DNA from: Opitutales bacterium
Lineage (GTDB): Bacteria; Verrucomicrobiota; Verrucomicrobiia; Opitutales; Coraliomargaritaceae
Reading direction: 5' to 3'
Length of the DNA stretch: 37,973 nt
Assembly (NCBI GenBank): GCA_046483785.1
Contig: JAWOCN010000095.1
Location: 1-37,973, forward strand
Below the pieces are notes generated by a model, which was given only the letters and a program-made list of their open reading frames with translations, did no database searches and was not told the DNA's origin. This document shows positions 11,418 to 21,997 of the stretch, in pieces; the stretch's first letter is position 1, and every line of letters begins with the position of its first letter. The position numbers and the translations under genes were made by a program.

Positions 11418-11999
11418 TCAAGCGCCTGCGATTTGCCTCATCAGGCGCATGGTTTGGTCTTCTAAAAATTCTAAACTGCCCGCATTGGTCATCACATAGT
11501 CGGCGCGCCGCATCTTCTCGTCGAGTGGCATCTGTCGCTTACGACGTCGCTCAAGCTCTTCTCCCGTGTAACCTCGGGCCGCCATTCGGGTTTCGACCAC
11601 ATCGGGGGGACTGGACACACAAACGGTGAAATCGAAGGCCGGTTCAAGCCTTTTTTCAAATATCAAGGGAATTTCTATCAGCCACTTGGCCCCGGGATCG
11701 GCCTCGACCGCCCCTTGCCAGGCCCGTCGCACCCGCGGGTGCAACAATGCTTCGAGCCAATCAAGCTCCGCTTCGTCCTGAAACACCCGGTCCGCGATGG
11801 CTTTGCGGTTCACCTCGCCCTGATCCGTAAAGACGGCATCGCCCCAATGCCGCCGAAGCGCGGCCCGGACCGCCGCATCCTCCGACAAGAGTTCCGCCAC
11901 GATCCTGTCCGACTCCCTCGTCTTCCAGCCCGCCTCTTTAAACATGCGGGTCACCGTGGACTTTCCGCAGCCGATACCACCTGTCAGTCCAAGCTTCAT
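11418..11999 (-). CDS. coaE: Dephospho-CoA kinase
   Basis: [12 protein letters not shown] Walker [22 protein letters not shown]...AD. Confidence 0.93.
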   Translation of the reverse strand: MKLGLTGGIGCGKSTVTRMFKEAGWKTRESDRIVAELLSEDAAVRAALRRHWGDAVFTDQGEVNRKAIADRVFQDEAELDWLEALLHPRVRRAWQGAVEADPGAKWLIEIPLIFEKRLEPAFDFTVCVSSPPDVVETRMAARGYTGEELERRRKRQMPLDEKMRRADYVMTNAGSLEFLEDQTMRLMRQIAGA

Positions 12000-12108
12000 C
12001 AACCTTGTGTGATAGGCTGATTTGCCGTCGAGTAAAGTTCGATCTCGGAATGAAGCGGAGTGGAAGCGTTGACGAACAACCCTCGGCTCGCGACCGGGAC
12101 CGGAGTTT

Positions 12109-13278
12109 CTACTCCGATTGGCCGGAAGAATCCTCGTCCGGATCCATCACACAGCGAAAGCCGGTGTGGTGGGCGGGGGAGTCGGGCTGCAAGGGTTGGC
12201 GGGAGCCGGGTTGGTAGCCGCTGCACCATCCGTCGTTGCAGAGGAAGGAGCCGCCCCGGGTGACGTGGACCCCCGGCGGCCAGCCGTAGGCGGCCAGGAG
12301 CCGGGAGTCGGGGCCAGTCGGATTGGTCGGCTCGCCCGACTGCGCCGCACGCATCCCGTAGGTTTTCGGGTGGTAGAGATCTGCGGTGATCTCCCAGACA
12401 TTACCCGCCATGTCGTAGAGGCCGTAATCATTCGGGGGGAAGCTTTTGACCGGGGCGGTGGTGACGAAGCCGTCCGCGCCGTTGTTTTCGTAGGGCCAGA
12501 CGCCCTGCCAGGTGTTCGCCTGATAGCTGCCCTCTCCGTCGGGCTGAAAGACCTCGCCCCAGACGAAGGGTTTTTTCTCGAGCCCGCCACGGGCCGCGCG
12601 CTCCCATTCCGCTTCGGTCGGGAGGCGCTTGCCGGCCCATTTCGCATAGGCTGCGGCGTCGTCGCGGTTGACATTGACGACCGGGTGGTCGGGCCGGGCC
12701 TTCCATGAGGATCCGGGACCGTCGGGTTTCCGCCAATTGGCCTTCGGTTCCAAGCGCCACCACCGGGTGTAATCCCGTGCGTCATACAGCTCGCTCTCAG
12801 GCGCTTGAAACACGATCGCCCCGGCGGCCTCGCCGAACTGGTTGCCGGCGCGGATTTTTTCCATCTGCTCGACAATGGCTTGACGTTCGGCGCCCTCGCT
12901 CCGCTCGAGGGCCGCTTCCAGCTCCGCGAGCGCGGTGGCGGCTGCGTCCTTCAACTCTCGCACGAGGGACTCGGGCAAGGGGCGCTCGGCGAAGGTCACG
13001 TAACCGGTGGCTTCGACAAACTCGGCGAATTCACGGTTGGTGACCTCGGTGGCATCCATCCAAAAGCTATCGACTTTGACCTCATGGATGGGGTAGCTGG
13101 TCTGGTGGGAGGCGGAACCGCCGTCCATCAGCCCGGCGTCTCCGCCCATGGCGAAGGAGCCTCCCGGAATGCGCACCATGCCCTCCGGAGGGGAAGAGGC
13201 CGTCCCGGCGGCAACCGTGCCTGCCAAAAAGGCGGGAAAGGACAGCAAGGCCAGCCAGCGGGTTACCGGTCGGACCAT
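12109..13278 (-). CDS. Formylglycine-generating enzyme (FGE/SUMF1) family protein with signal peptide
   Basis: IPGGSFAMG, EVTNREF, HPVVNV, RLPTEAEWERAARGG, YGLYDMAGNVWE, RGGSFLC....C, GFRC; start at MVRPV inferred. Confidence 0.88.
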   Translation of the reverse strand: MVRPVTRWLALLSFPAFLAGTVAAGTASSPPEGMVRIPGGSFAMGGDAGLMDGGSASHQTSYPIHEVKVDSFWMDATEVTNREFAEFVEATGYVTFAERPLPESLVRELKDAAATALAELEAALERSEGAERQAIVEQMEKIRAGNQFGEAAGAIVFQAPESELYDARDYTRWWRLEPKANWRKPDGPGSSWKARPDHPVVNVNRDDAAAYAKWAGKRLPTEAEWERAARGGLEKKPFVWGEVFQPDGEGSYQANTWQGVWPYENNGADGFVTTAPVKSFPPNDYGLYDMAGNVWEITADLYHPKTYGMRAAQSGEPTNPTGPDSRLLAAYGWPPGVHVTRGGSFLCNDGWCSGYQPGSRQPLQPDSPAHHTGFRCVMDPDEDSSGQSE

Positions 13279-13484
13279 CTTTGAAAAGTGGAGTGAAGCG
13301 TGGGAAATCGACTGTGACATCTCTTGATAACCCGCAGACCCTACGCGCTTGGAAAAGTTCATCAAATAGAACGGCAAGATTCTGTGAAGCTGCCCGGCAC
13401 GGCCCTTGACAAAAACAAGGTTTCCGAAAGTTAGGTCGTGACACAAGTGAACAAGCGTATAGATTTTTCGCCAATTCAAGAATT

Positions 13485-15032
13485 ATGCTGGCGATCACAC
13501 ATTCCGCGGCCCTGGTGGGCGTCGACGCACTTCCGGTTCAGGTCGAAGTCAATACTGGGGAGGCAGGTGAACTCAAATTCGTGCTGGTCGGCCTTCCGGA
13601 CAGCGCGGTCAAGGAATCGCAGGACCGGGTCTTTTCCGCCCTGGCCAACAGCGGCTACCGCGCGCCCGGCACGCGAACGACGGTCAACCTTGCTCCCGGC
13701 GACCTGAGGAAGGAAGGCCCGGCCTACGATTTACCCATCGCTCTCGGGATCCTGGCCTCCATGAAAAAATGCGAGGAGGCCGAACTGGACGACTTCCTCA
13801 TCGCCGGGGAGCTCAGCCTCTCCGGAAAAACGCGACCGGTCCGCGGGACTCTCGCCATGGCCATGCTGGCCAAACGCCTCGGCAAGCGCGGCCTGATCGT
13901 GCCCGCCGAATCCGCCGATGAAGCCGCCCTTGTCGAGGGGATCGCGGTCTATCCCGTGGCGAGTCTGGACGAAGCCGCGCGCTTCCTGAACGGCGAAATA
14001 ATCATCGCCCCGTTGCGAGTGGAGCAAAGCAGCTACATCCGAAAGCCACCGGAAAGCCAGCGCCTGGACTTCGCCGAGGTCAAAGGCCAGCACGCCGTGC
14101 GGCGGGCGGTGGAAATCGCGGTAGCGGGGGGCCACTGCCTGCTCATGCTGGGGAGCCCGGGCTCGGGCAAGAGCATGATTGCGAAGCGCATCCCGACCAT
14201 CATGCCGGAGCCCCAGTTGGAAGAGTTCCTGGAAATACTGAGCATCCAGTCGGCCGCCGGATCGACCCTCCGGCAGGAGCAAGGCTATTACCAGCGCCCC
14301 TTTCGCTCCCCGCACCACACGATCAGCGATGTCGGCCTGCTGGGCGGCGGCGCCATCCCGGGGCCGGGTGAAATCTCGCTCGCCCACAACGGCGTGCTCT
14401 TCCTCGACGAACTGCCGGAATTCAAGCGTTCCACCCTCGAAGTGCTGCGCCAGCCGCTGGAAGACGGCACGGTGACCATCTCGCGCAGCGCTGGCAAGAT
14501 CACCCTGCCCTGTTCCATGATGTTGGTGGCCGCGATGAACCCCTGCCCCTGCGGCTACACCGGCGACCCGTCGCGGGAGTGCCGCTGCACGACCCCGCAA
14601 ATCCAACGCTACCGCTCGCGGATCAGCGGGCCCCTGCTCGACCGCATCGACATCCATATCGAAGCGCCCGCGCTGGGCATCGAGGAACTGCGCAATGCCG
14701 CGCCGGGAGAAAGTTCGGCCACGATCCGCGAACGCTGCAGCCAAGCGCGCAAAATCCAGAACGCCCGATTCAGTGACGAAGGCGAACCCTCCATGCGCTG
14801 CAATGCCCGGATGTCGCATAAGAGCATTCGCGAGCACTGCCAGATCAATAAGGAACAAGGGCGTCTCCTGCAGGAGGCGATGGAGCAGCTCGCCCTCTCG
14901 GCTCGGGCCTACGACCGCATCCTGAAAGTCTCCCGCACCATCGCCGACCTCGCGGGTGCCGGGACGATCGGGACGCCCCACCTCCTGGAAGCAATCCAAT
15001 ACCGGAGCCTGGACCGCAATACCTTTTATTGA
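13485..15032 (+). CDS. comM: YifB/ComM family Mg-chelatase-like AAA+ ATPase
   Basis: [75 protein letters not shown]. Confidence 0.92.
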   Translation: MLAITHSAALVGVDALPVQVEVNTGEAGELKFVLVGLPDSAVKESQDRVFSALANSGYRAPGTRTTVNLAPGDLRKEGPAYDLPIALGILASMKKCEEAELDDFLIAGELSLSGKTRPVRGTLAMAMLAKRLGKRGLIVPAESADEAALVEGIAVYPVASLDEAARFLNGEIIIAPLRVEQSSYIRKPPESQRLDFAEVKGQHAVRRAVEIAVAGGHCLLMLGSPGSGKSMIAKRIPTIMPEPQLEEFLEILSIQSAAGSTLRQEQGYYQRPFRSPHHTISDVGLLGGGAIPGPGEISLAHNGVLFLDELPEFKRSTLEVLRQPLEDGTVTISRSAGKITLPCSMMLVAAMNPCPCGYTGDPSRECRCTTPQIQRYRSRISGPLLDRIDIHIEAPALGIEELRNAAPGESSATIRERCSQARKIQNARFSDEGEPSMRCNARMSHKSIREHCQINKEQGRLLQEAMEQLALSARAYDRILKVSRTIADLAGAGTIGTPHLLEAIQYRSLDRNTFY

Positions 15033-15108
15033 ACGATCCCGCCACAGTGCGCTTCTGAAAACGCTTGCACTGCCCGCAATATCCCCCAAAGAATTGGGCT
15101 TTCGGATC

Positions 15109-15198
<90 letters not shown>

Positions 15199-15314
15199 TT
15201 GGGCGCAGCCCGACTAAAGAGTTGCATCTGTCGGCTTGTATCCGACGATACGGAGGACCGTCACAATCCACCCATACCATTTAAGAAAAAGAAGAAGAGG
15301 CCCAGCTCCGGCGA

Positions 15315-15962
15315 ATGAAAACTCTAGGAATAATCGAGGATCAAACTGCGATTCGGGAAATGATCGGCCAGGCGGCTCTGGACCCGAATGAATACAAAGT
15401 GGTTTTCAGCACCGGCGACGGCCAGGAAGGCTATGATAAGTGTCTCGAGCTGAAGCCCGATTTCATTATCCTCGATATCATGCTGCCGAAACTGAACGGC
15501 ACGGACATCCTGCGCCGGTTCTCCAGGGAGCTGCCTGAGACCCGGGTTTTGGTTTTCTCGGGCTATCACAGCCCCGGCCTGGTTCGCGACATTTTTCGGG
15601 CCGGCGCCCATGGCTTCGTCGAAAAGGCCGCGCCTCTATCTGACCTGAAGAAAGCCATTGAAATCGTCTCGCATGGTGGCAGCTACTTCGGGCCGGAAAT
15701 CGCCCTGCTTCTGCGCGATGCGATGGTCAACCCCGAGACGGACGAGTCCGGCATCGACCTGCTCACCAACCGTGAGCGGGAAATCCTGAAACTGATCGCC
15801 GAGAGTCACAGCACACGGGAGATTGCCCAAAAGCTGGGAATCAGCGCCAAGACCGCCGAGAACCACCGCACCAACCTCATGCGGAAGCTCGATCTCCACG
15901 ACGTGGCTGGTCTCACGCGCTACGCGATCAAGAAGGGCTTGGTTCGCATCGAGGACCATTGA
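15315..15962 (+). CDS. NarL/FixJ family response regulator (REC + LuxR HTH)
   Basis: [24 protein letters not shown]; LTNREREIL...[21 protein letters not shown]. Confidence 0.92.
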   Translation: MKTLGIIEDQTAIREMIGQAALDPNEYKVVFSTGDGQEGYDKCLELKPDFIILDIMLPKLNGTDILRRFSRELPETRVLVFSGYHSPGLVRDIFRAGAHGFVEKAAPLSDLKKAIEIVSHGGSYFGPEIALLLRDAMVNPETDESGIDLLTNREREILKLIAESHSTREIAQKLGISAKTAENHRTNLMRKLDLHDVAGLTRYAIKKGLVRIEDH

Positions 15963-16782
15963 CCCTCTCCAGGGCCTGGCAAAGGCGGTCGCTCAGAATA
16001 TCCAGCAGCAACGGATGCTCTCCCAGCAGCGGGCTGATCCGGACGGAGCGAAAATCGCCCTGCTTGACTAAACCGTCAGCAATTTCAGCCACGTCGCCCC
16101 CCGGCCCCGCGTGCCGGCCGGGGAGGAGAAAGAACATCGCCAGAACCAGATGGCTGCCCTTGTCGCCGCCCCTCTCGGCGAGATTTTCGAGAAGCGGATC
16201 ATTGAATGCGTATTCCGGCCCCTCGCGCCGCTCCATGGAACAGGGTTGAACCGGCCGGCCGGAACGGGCCTCGAGCTGCCGGGCCACCGCATCCCTGAGC
16301 GCATTCACCGGCCTGATGGGAGTTCCGTGATCCACCAGAGCGATTTTTTTGTCCTCCCCCTCGTCGAGATCGGCTTGAATATGCTCCGCCAAAATCCGCG
16401 AGAGGCGGGCATCCGGACGCACCACATCGCCTCCGGCGACCGGCTCCGCGATCTGAACGACAAGATCGGCATGGTTTTGCCGCAGTTCATCGACAATACT
16501 TGGCAGATAGTCGGTAATGGCCAGGCTCGGCCCGAGGAACAGGGGCAAAACCACGAACTCGCGCTGCCCTGCTTTAATGAGTTCCCGCATGCGCCGCTTG
16601 ACGATGGTTGCGGGCTGCCCCTGAAGCCGGCTGCTTGGAATTTTGTGGGAATGCAGGAGGCTGACGGCCTCGACGCACTCTCCCGTCTGTCGGCTCAGAC
16701 TCTTCGCCAGTCCTCGCAGCGCGAAAGTCGCCTCCGGCCGAAGCGAGCCGTTGTCGACGAGAAATATCACTGGCGCATCCAT
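15928..16782 (-). CDS. CbiX/SirB-like tetrapyrrole chelatase domain protein
   Basis: [39 protein letters not shown]; two-lobed chelatase pattern; start at MDAPV inferred. Confidence 0.7.
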   Translation of the reverse strand: MDAPVIFLVDNGSLRPEATFALRGLAKSLSRQTGECVEAVSLLHSHKIPSSRLQGQPATIVKRRMRELIKAGQREFVVLPLFLGPSLAITDYLPSIVDELRQNHADLVVQIAEPVAGGDVVRPDARLSRILAEHIQADLDEGEDKKIALVDHGTPIRPVNALRDAVARQLEARSGRPVQPCSMERREGPEYAFNDPLLENLAERGGDKGSHLVLAMFFLLPGRHAGPGGDVAEIADGLVKQGDFRSVRISPLLGEHPLLLDILSDRLCQALERVNGPRCEPSPS

Positions 16783-16864
16783 CCTATCCTGTTGTTTCAA
16801 ATTAAATAAGGAAACAAAGGAAAAAGTTTGCCCGAAACAAATCTTACAGCCAATTTCTTCGATT

Positions 16865-17443
16865 ATGCATAAGAACGCCCGAATTCTTTTTTTACTTCTT
16901 TCCGCAGTTCTGTTCTTCTCCGCCTGCGCGAACAAGCAAGCCCCCACCCCCTCTTCTGATGGCGTAACGGGCGGCCCAAATGACTTTGGCGGCGACTACG
17001 TGCCCGACAGTGATTTGGGTGGCGACTTCGGCCTGGGTGCCGAGGGACTCGAACTTCGTGGCGACAGCGACGGCATCGGCAACGGCATGTATAATGGGCG
17101 CGAGATGGTCGAGGGTGTCCTGCCCTCGGTTTACTTCGGCTTTGATTCTTCCTCCATTTCCGCCTCAGAGCGCCGCAAGCTCCAGGAAGCGGCGGACTAT
17201 CTCGAAGAAAACCCCTCGCAGGGGCTTTTAATCGAGGGCCACTGCGACTGGTATGGCACCGCCGAATATAATCTGGCGCTCGGGGACCGCCGCGCGGAAA
17301 GCGCAAGCAACTACCTCGGCACACTGGGTATCTCGCCCGAGCGCATCGACACACTTTCCAAGGGGGACCTTGAAGCAACTTCCGGGCTGTCCAAGTCGGA
17401 GGCTTCCGAGGACCGGCGTGCCGACCTGATCATCCTGAAGTAG
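16865..17443 (+). CDS. pal: OmpA-family peptidoglycan-associated lipoprotein (Pal-like)
   Basis: Lipobox FFSA-C; [33 protein letters not shown]. Confidence 0.85.
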   Translation: MHKNARILFLLLSAVLFFSACANKQAPTPSSDGVTGGPNDFGGDYVPDSDLGGDFGLGAEGLELRGDSDGIGNGMYNGREMVEGVLPSVYFGFDSSSISASERRKLQEAADYLEENPSQGLLIEGHCDWYGTAEYNLALGDRRAESASNYLGTLGISPERIDTLSKGDLEATSGLSKSEASEDRRADLIILK

Positions 17444-18896
17444 GCCCGGCTCGGGACGCCTCCGAGTCTTTCAGCAACTTCAGGTGTTTCGAGAACGCGC
17501 GCATGACGCGCAAATGCAAGCGCGCCTGGGTGTTGGCGTAGATAAACCAGGGCAGTGTGGGCGCAAACTCATGAATCGAGGCGATCATGCAGGACAGTTC
17601 GGGAAAGAGCCGGAATTCGAGCCGTCCAAGCGGCTCAATCTTCCGGGAGAGCACGCCCCCGGAAATATAGAAGGCGCAGCGCCGCGGATTTCCCTGGGAA
17701 TAAGGCGTCGGCGTGAGCTCCAAGAGCAGGACCCGGCCATTAAGACTGGTGAAGCGGACCACCCCCCGGTCATCCGCCGCCGCAGAAATCAGCCCGCGGA
17801 AGCGACGCGTCAACCACGCCGAGTATTCATTGGCGACCTCTTTGGCCGACCAAGCCGAGGGATAGTGCATGCGCTGCACGGAACGCACGCGGCGCGCCTG
17901 CTTGATCGAGGCATGATCGGCGGCCCTCGTCGAACTGCGCGGGTTTGGCTTCGGGTTGCCCGAGGCGTCCACACTCTTCTGAAACGAATCTTCAAACGGA
18001 ATGAAGTGCTCACGCAGACGCCGCTGCAAGGCATTGGGCTGAGCCACCAAGTCGTATTGCAGACTCTCCTGAAGGGGACCGACCAGCGCAGGCGGCACAC
18101 TGCCAAAGAGGGCCACCCATTGTTTTGAGAGGCCGAAGGCATTGTAGGGAAAATTCAAAAACCGGGCTCGCTTCCCCAGCATTTCGGCCGTTTTCGTGAT
18201 CATTTCCCGATAGGTCATCGGCTCATGGCCGCCCAGGTCGTAAGTGCCGCCGGCGAGGTCGTCTTCGGTCGAACAAAGCTCGATCGCTTGGCAGACATTG
18301 GAAATATCGATGGAGTGGGTCTTCGAGCGCACCCAGGCGGGCAAGAGCATGACGGGCAGGCGGCGCACCAAATTGATGAGCAGGGAAAACGACGAACCGC
18401 CCGGCCCGAAGATCAAGCCCGCGCGCAGCACCGTGACGGTGAGACTGCGCGTGCGCATGACCTGCTCGACTTCCAATCGGCTTTGCAGATGGGGCGAGAG
18501 CGGCCCCTCTTCCTCCTCGGGCATAAGCCCGCTCAAATAGATGACATGCTTCAATCCGGCGGCCTCCGCGCCGCGGATAAAGTTATCGGCCAACAGAAGG
18601 TCGGTGTCTTCGAAACGGCTCTGCACCAGCCGGCTGGACGGGGCCATCGAATGCACCAGGTAGATGCCGATATCGCATCCTTCCAGGGCCTCGGCCACCT
18701 TCGGCAGGGAGTAAAGGTCGCACTCGCGCCATTCGATATCCTCCCTGGCGGACTGCGCCGTAACGACATTACTGCTACGGGTCAGGGCGCGAATGCGGAA
18801 ATTGGCCCGCAAATGCTCGATCAAATGCGTGCCGACAAAGCCGCTCGCCCCGGCCAAACCGATGATTGGCCGGGACTGGGCGTCTTCTTCGGGCAT
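17430..18896 (-). CDS. Atypical SDR / NAD(P)-dependent epimerase (YbjT-like) with C-terminal extra domain
   Basis: GASGFVG Rossmann motif, [38 protein letters not shown]. Confidence 0.8.
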   Translation of the reverse strand: MPEEDAQSRPIIGLAGASGFVGTHLIEHLRANFRIRALTRSSNVVTAQSAREDIEWRECDLYSLPKVAEALEGCDIGIYLVHSMAPSSRLVQSRFEDTDLLLADNFIRGAEAAGLKHVIYLSGLMPEEEEGPLSPHLQSRLEVEQVMRTRSLTVTVLRAGLIFGPGGSSFSLLINLVRRLPVMLLPAWVRSKTHSIDISNVCQAIELCSTEDDLAGGTYDLGGHEPMTYREMITKTAEMLGKRARFLNFPYNAFGLSKQWVALFGSVPPALVGPLQESLQYDLVAQPNALQRRLREHFIPFEDSFQKSVDASGNPKPNPRSSTRAADHASIKQARRVRSVQRMHYPSAWSAKEVANEYSAWLTRRFRGLISAAADDRGVVRFTSLNGRVLLLELTPTPYSQGNPRRCAFYISGGVLSRKIEPLGRLEFRLFPELSCMIASIHEFAPTLPWFIYANTQARLHLRVMRAFSKHLKLLKDSEASRAGPTSG

Positions 18897-18915
18897 CTGC
18901 GCGATACCGATACGG

Positions 18916-19383
18916 TTATGCCGCGAGGAAGCTATCAAGCATCCAGATCGTCTTTTCGTGCACCTGGATGCGGGCGATCATGAGATCTTCGGTTTCCGCA
19001 TCGCCGGTCGAGGCGGCCTCGTCGCGGGCCTTTTCCAGGTTGCCCACCAGCTTCTTGTTGATCTGCACGAGATGGGCGACCATTTCATCCGCCGACGTGT
19101 TTTCCTCGATTTCCTTGATGCCGGCCATTTTGGCGAGATTGCCGAGACCGCCGGGAGCCAGCGCGCCGAGAGCGCGGATCCGTTCCGCGATTTCATCCAC
19201 CGCCGTGAAGAGTTCCGTATATTGCTCCTCGAATGCATTGTGCAGGGAGAAGAAACTGTGGCCCCGCACGTTCCAGTGACAGATGTGGGTTTGCCCCAGC
19301 ACGGCATAAGAGTCGGCGACGACTTGGCGGAGCGCATCAACGACTGTTTTCGATTTTTGAGCTGATTCTGTATTTTTAGGCAT
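18916..19383 (-). CDS. dps: Dps DNA-protecting ferritin-like protein
   Basis: HWNVRG..FFSLH..FEEQY, DEIAERIRALG, HEKTIWML. Confidence 0.94.
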   Translation of the reverse strand: MPKNTESAQKSKTVVDALRQVVADSYAVLGQTHICHWNVRGHSFFSLHNAFEEQYTELFTAVDEIAERIRALGALAPGGLGNLAKMAGIKEIEENTSADEMVAHLVQINKKLVGNLEKARDEAASTGDAETEDLMIARIQVHEKTIWMLDSFLAA

Positions 19384-19521
19384 ATTTTCAGGTTAGCCAC
19401 TAATCCCCGGCTTGTAAACCCAGAGTTTCAAAAAGCCCTGCCAGCGCAGGGCGACTGTTCCATTCCGCTGCTTGACTTCATTTGCGAGACGTCCGATTTT
19501 ACAACTTGTCACAGACATACT

Positions 19522-20508
19522 ATGGGCACCGCGACACTCAACTACGAACCGATGGTCTTCAACCCCAGACAGGGGGATGAAGCACCGCTCACTGCGATTC
19601 AGAAAGAAGTGCTTGCGCTCAAGGAGGCGCGCAAGGCGATCATTCTGGCGCATAATTATCAAGTGGATGCGATCCAGCAGGTGGCCGATTACGTGGGTGA
19701 CTCGCTCGGCTTGGCGTATCGCGCCGAGGAAGCGGACGCGGGCTGCATTGTCTTCTGCGGGGTCCATTTTATGGCGGAGACGGCGAAGATCGTGAATCCG
19801 GACAAGCCGGTCCTGCTGCCGGACATGGATGCCGGTTGCTCGCTCTCGGACTCCTGCCCCGCCGAGAAGCTGGCGGCCTACAAGGAGGCGAATCCGGAGG
19901 TCTATGTCGTCGCCTACATCAATTGCTCGGCCGGCGTCAAAGCCCTCTCCGATGTGATTTGCACCAGCGGAAACGCCGTAAAGATCGTCGAAAAGGTGCC
20001 GGAAGATCGACCCATCCTGTTTGTGCCCGATCAAAACCTGGGCCAGTGGGTCGCGAAGCAGACGGGGCGGCCGATGCGGCTCTGGCCCGGTTCCTGTTAC
20101 GCCCACGTCCTCTTCACCCAGCAATCGATCGAGCGACTGAAACTGCAATTTCCCGACGCCCTGGTCGTGGCCCACCCGGAATGCGTCGAAACCGTGCGGG
20201 ATAACGCCGACGAGGTCTGCAGCACGGAGAAGATGATCGGCTTCTGCCGCGATAGCGACGCGCAGCAGTTTATCGTCGTGACCGAGACCGGCATGATCCA
20301 CCGCCTGCAGCGGGAAGTGCCGGACAAAACCTTTATCGCCGGACCGACCGACACCTGCGCCTGTAACGAGTGCCGCTTCATGAAAATGAACACGATCGAG
20401 AAGTTGCGCGACTGCCTGGAGCACATGTCGCCGCAAATCGAGATGCCGGAAGACGTCCGCCTCAAGGCCTACGCCCCGATCAAGCGCATGCTCGAGTGGA
20501 GCAAGTAG
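19522..20508 (+). CDS. nadA: Quinolinate synthase A
   Basis: ILAHNYQ, GDSL, FCGVHFMAETAK, AGCSL, YINCSA, CTSGNA, PDQNLG, AHPEC, C.FMK. Confidence 0.96.
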   Translation: MGTATLNYEPMVFNPRQGDEAPLTAIQKEVLALKEARKAIILAHNYQVDAIQQVADYVGDSLGLAYRAEEADAGCIVFCGVHFMAETAKIVNPDKPVLLPDMDAGCSLSDSCPAEKLAAYKEANPEVYVVAYINCSAGVKALSDVICTSGNAVKIVEKVPEDRPILFVPDQNLGQWVAKQTGRPMRLWPGSCYAHVLFTQQSIERLKLQFPDALVVAHPECVETVRDNADEVCSTEKMIGFCRDSDAQQFIVVTETGMIHRLQREVPDKTFIAGPTDTCACNECRFMKMNTIEKLRDCLEHMSPQIEMPEDVRLKAYAPIKRMLEWSK

Positions 20509-20510
20509 GG

Positions 20511-20639
20511 CATGCCGAACATCGAACGTCCAACTTCGAACATCGAACGTCGAATGAGTTCTCCTGCTCAAAAATTTCCTTCCGCGGGTTCCAACGTTGA
20601 AGGTTCGATCTTGGACGTTCAACGTCCGATGTTCGCATG
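20511..20639. repeat. Inverted arrays of 7-bp repeats (CGAACAT/CGAACGT-like) forming a long hairpin
   Basis: Left arm cgaacat cgaacgt ccaactt cgaacat cgaacgt; reverse complement of right arm cgaacat cggacgt tgaacgt ccaagat cgaacct tcaacgt. Confidence 0.8.
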
Positions 20640-21827
20640 AACGATGCGAACGCCACCTACCGTTTCGACCGAATCAAGGCCCCGTTTTACGGAATCCTTG
20701 AAGCCGGCTGGAGCACCTTCGCTCTGGTTATTGCGATCCGCTACTTTGACGCGAGTGAGACGCACAAGGCCTTTATCGCCGGCTCCGGGCCGATCGGCTT
20801 TCTGTTGGCCCCTCTGACGCTTTTTATCGCCGCGCAGCTCCGGGCGCGGCCGAGTCTGGCCTGCGCCGTCGTCTTCGCCGGATCCGCCGTGCTTCTGGTG
20901 GGCGCCAGCCTGCTCCACACGCTTTTATTGTTCACTCTCTTCGCCGTGACCAGCCAGATGACCGCGGTCCAGCACGGGCCGCTCATCCTGCAAATTTATA
21001 CGAAAAATTACACCGCCAGGGAGAGGGGCAGCCGCATGACCGTGCCCTTCATTTTGACCGCGATTTTCGCGATTTTCTTTTCCTTTGCCGGGGGTCTGGT
21101 CCTCGACTGGAAAATCAGCGCCTATCCGCTGATTTTCCTCGTCATGGCCGTGGCCGCCCTGGTGGCCGCCTACACCTGCCTGCGCATGCCAAGTTCCCCG
21201 CTCTCGCGCGAGCATGTGGGCAATCCCTGGCAAAACCTCAGCCTGATCTGGAAAGACGGGTTTTTCGGCTTCCTCCTCGGCTCCTGGATGCTGCTGGGGC
21301 TGGGCAATCTCATCGCCCTGCCCGTGCGGGTCGATTATCTGGCCAATCCCGAGTTCGGGATCAACGCGGACAACACCACCATTGCCGTGCTCATGATGGT
21401 GATTCCGGCGACGGCCCGCATCCTCAGCACGAAAATGTGGGGCTATTTCTTCGACCGGCTACACTTCGTGACGACGCGGAACCTGCTCAACGTCTTTTTC
21501 CTGCTCAGCATCGGTTTGTTTTTCTTCAGCTCCAACTTGATTGTGCTGGGGACGGCCATGGCCTTTCAAGGGCTGGCCATGGGCGGCGGCAAAATTTTCT
21601 GGAGTTTATGGGTCACCAAAATCGCGCCCGAGGAGAAGGTCTCTTCCTACATGAGCATCCACATGGCCTTGACCGGCCTGCGGGGCACGATGGCCCCCTT
21701 CCTCGGCTATTGGATCCTCAGTCAGTCGAGCCCCGGTGCCGTCGCGGTGCTGGGCATGACGCTGATCACTGTCTCCATCGTTCTTTTTGAGTTGGTGCGC
21801 GGGCACGAAAGATTGCGCGTCGCTTAG
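20637..21827 (+). CDS. MFS transporter
   Basis: About 12 hydrophobic segments in 396 aa, WGYFFDR loop motif, ERG motif after TM4. Confidence 0.8.
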   Translation: MNDANATYRFDRIKAPFYGILEAGWSTFALVIAIRYFDASETHKAFIAGSGPIGFLLAPLTLFIAAQLRARPSLACAVVFAGSAVLLVGASLLHTLLLFTLFAVTSQMTAVQHGPLILQIYTKNYTARERGSRMTVPFILTAIFAIFFSFAGGLVLDWKISAYPLIFLVMAVAALVAAYTCLRMPSSPLSREHVGNPWQNLSLIWKDGFFGFLLGSWMLLGLGNLIALPVRVDYLANPEFGINADNTTIAVLMMVIPATARILSTKMWGYFFDRLHFVTTRNLLNVFFLLSIGLFFFSSNLIVLGTAMAFQGLAMGGGKIFWSLWVTKIAPEEKVSSYMSIHMALTGLRGTMAPFLGYWILSQSSPGAVAVLGMTLITVSIVLFELVRGHERLRVA

Positions 21828-21856
21828 CTGACTCTCCCGGGTCGGCACCCGCCGGC

Positions 21857-21946
21857 GTATCGGGTCGAGGCATCAAGCCTCGCCTACGTCCACCACCTCC
21901 GTAGGAGAGTATCGGGTCGAGGCGTAAAGCCTCGCCCGCTTTTTTT
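21857..21946 (+). repeat. Direct pair of REP-like hairpins; second copy followed by T7 (terminator)
   Basis: GTATCGGGTCGAGGC-atcaa-GCCTCGCCTAC (21857-21887) and GTATCGGGTCGAGGC-gtaaa-GCCTCGCCCGC (21909-21939) then TTTTTTT. Confidence 0.75.
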
Positions 21947-21997
21947 CATTTGCGGCATTGCCCTGAGCGTTTTCCAAGGCTTTTACTAGGTTAACAA

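Noticed and set aside
9650-11629. 659-aa plus-strand ORF and many other long antisense ORFs (e.g. 1755-3035, 5211-6476, 13731-15227, 19393-20622, 25220-26290)
   Set aside because: They are shadows of well-supported genes on the opposite strand, expected in high-GC DNA, and show no protein motifs
13406-13440. Sigma70 promoter for comM (perfect TTGACA)
   Set aside because: No convincing -10 hexamer at 16-18 bp spacing
19500-19521. TGTC-N3-GACA palindrome before nadA as an NAD-regulator operator
   Set aside because: Only 4-bp arms, and I could not match it confidently to a known NrtR/NiaR consensus; likely chance
20511-20639. Possible CRISPR array
   Set aside because: Units are 7 bp, contiguous and inverted, with no unique spacers and no cas genes
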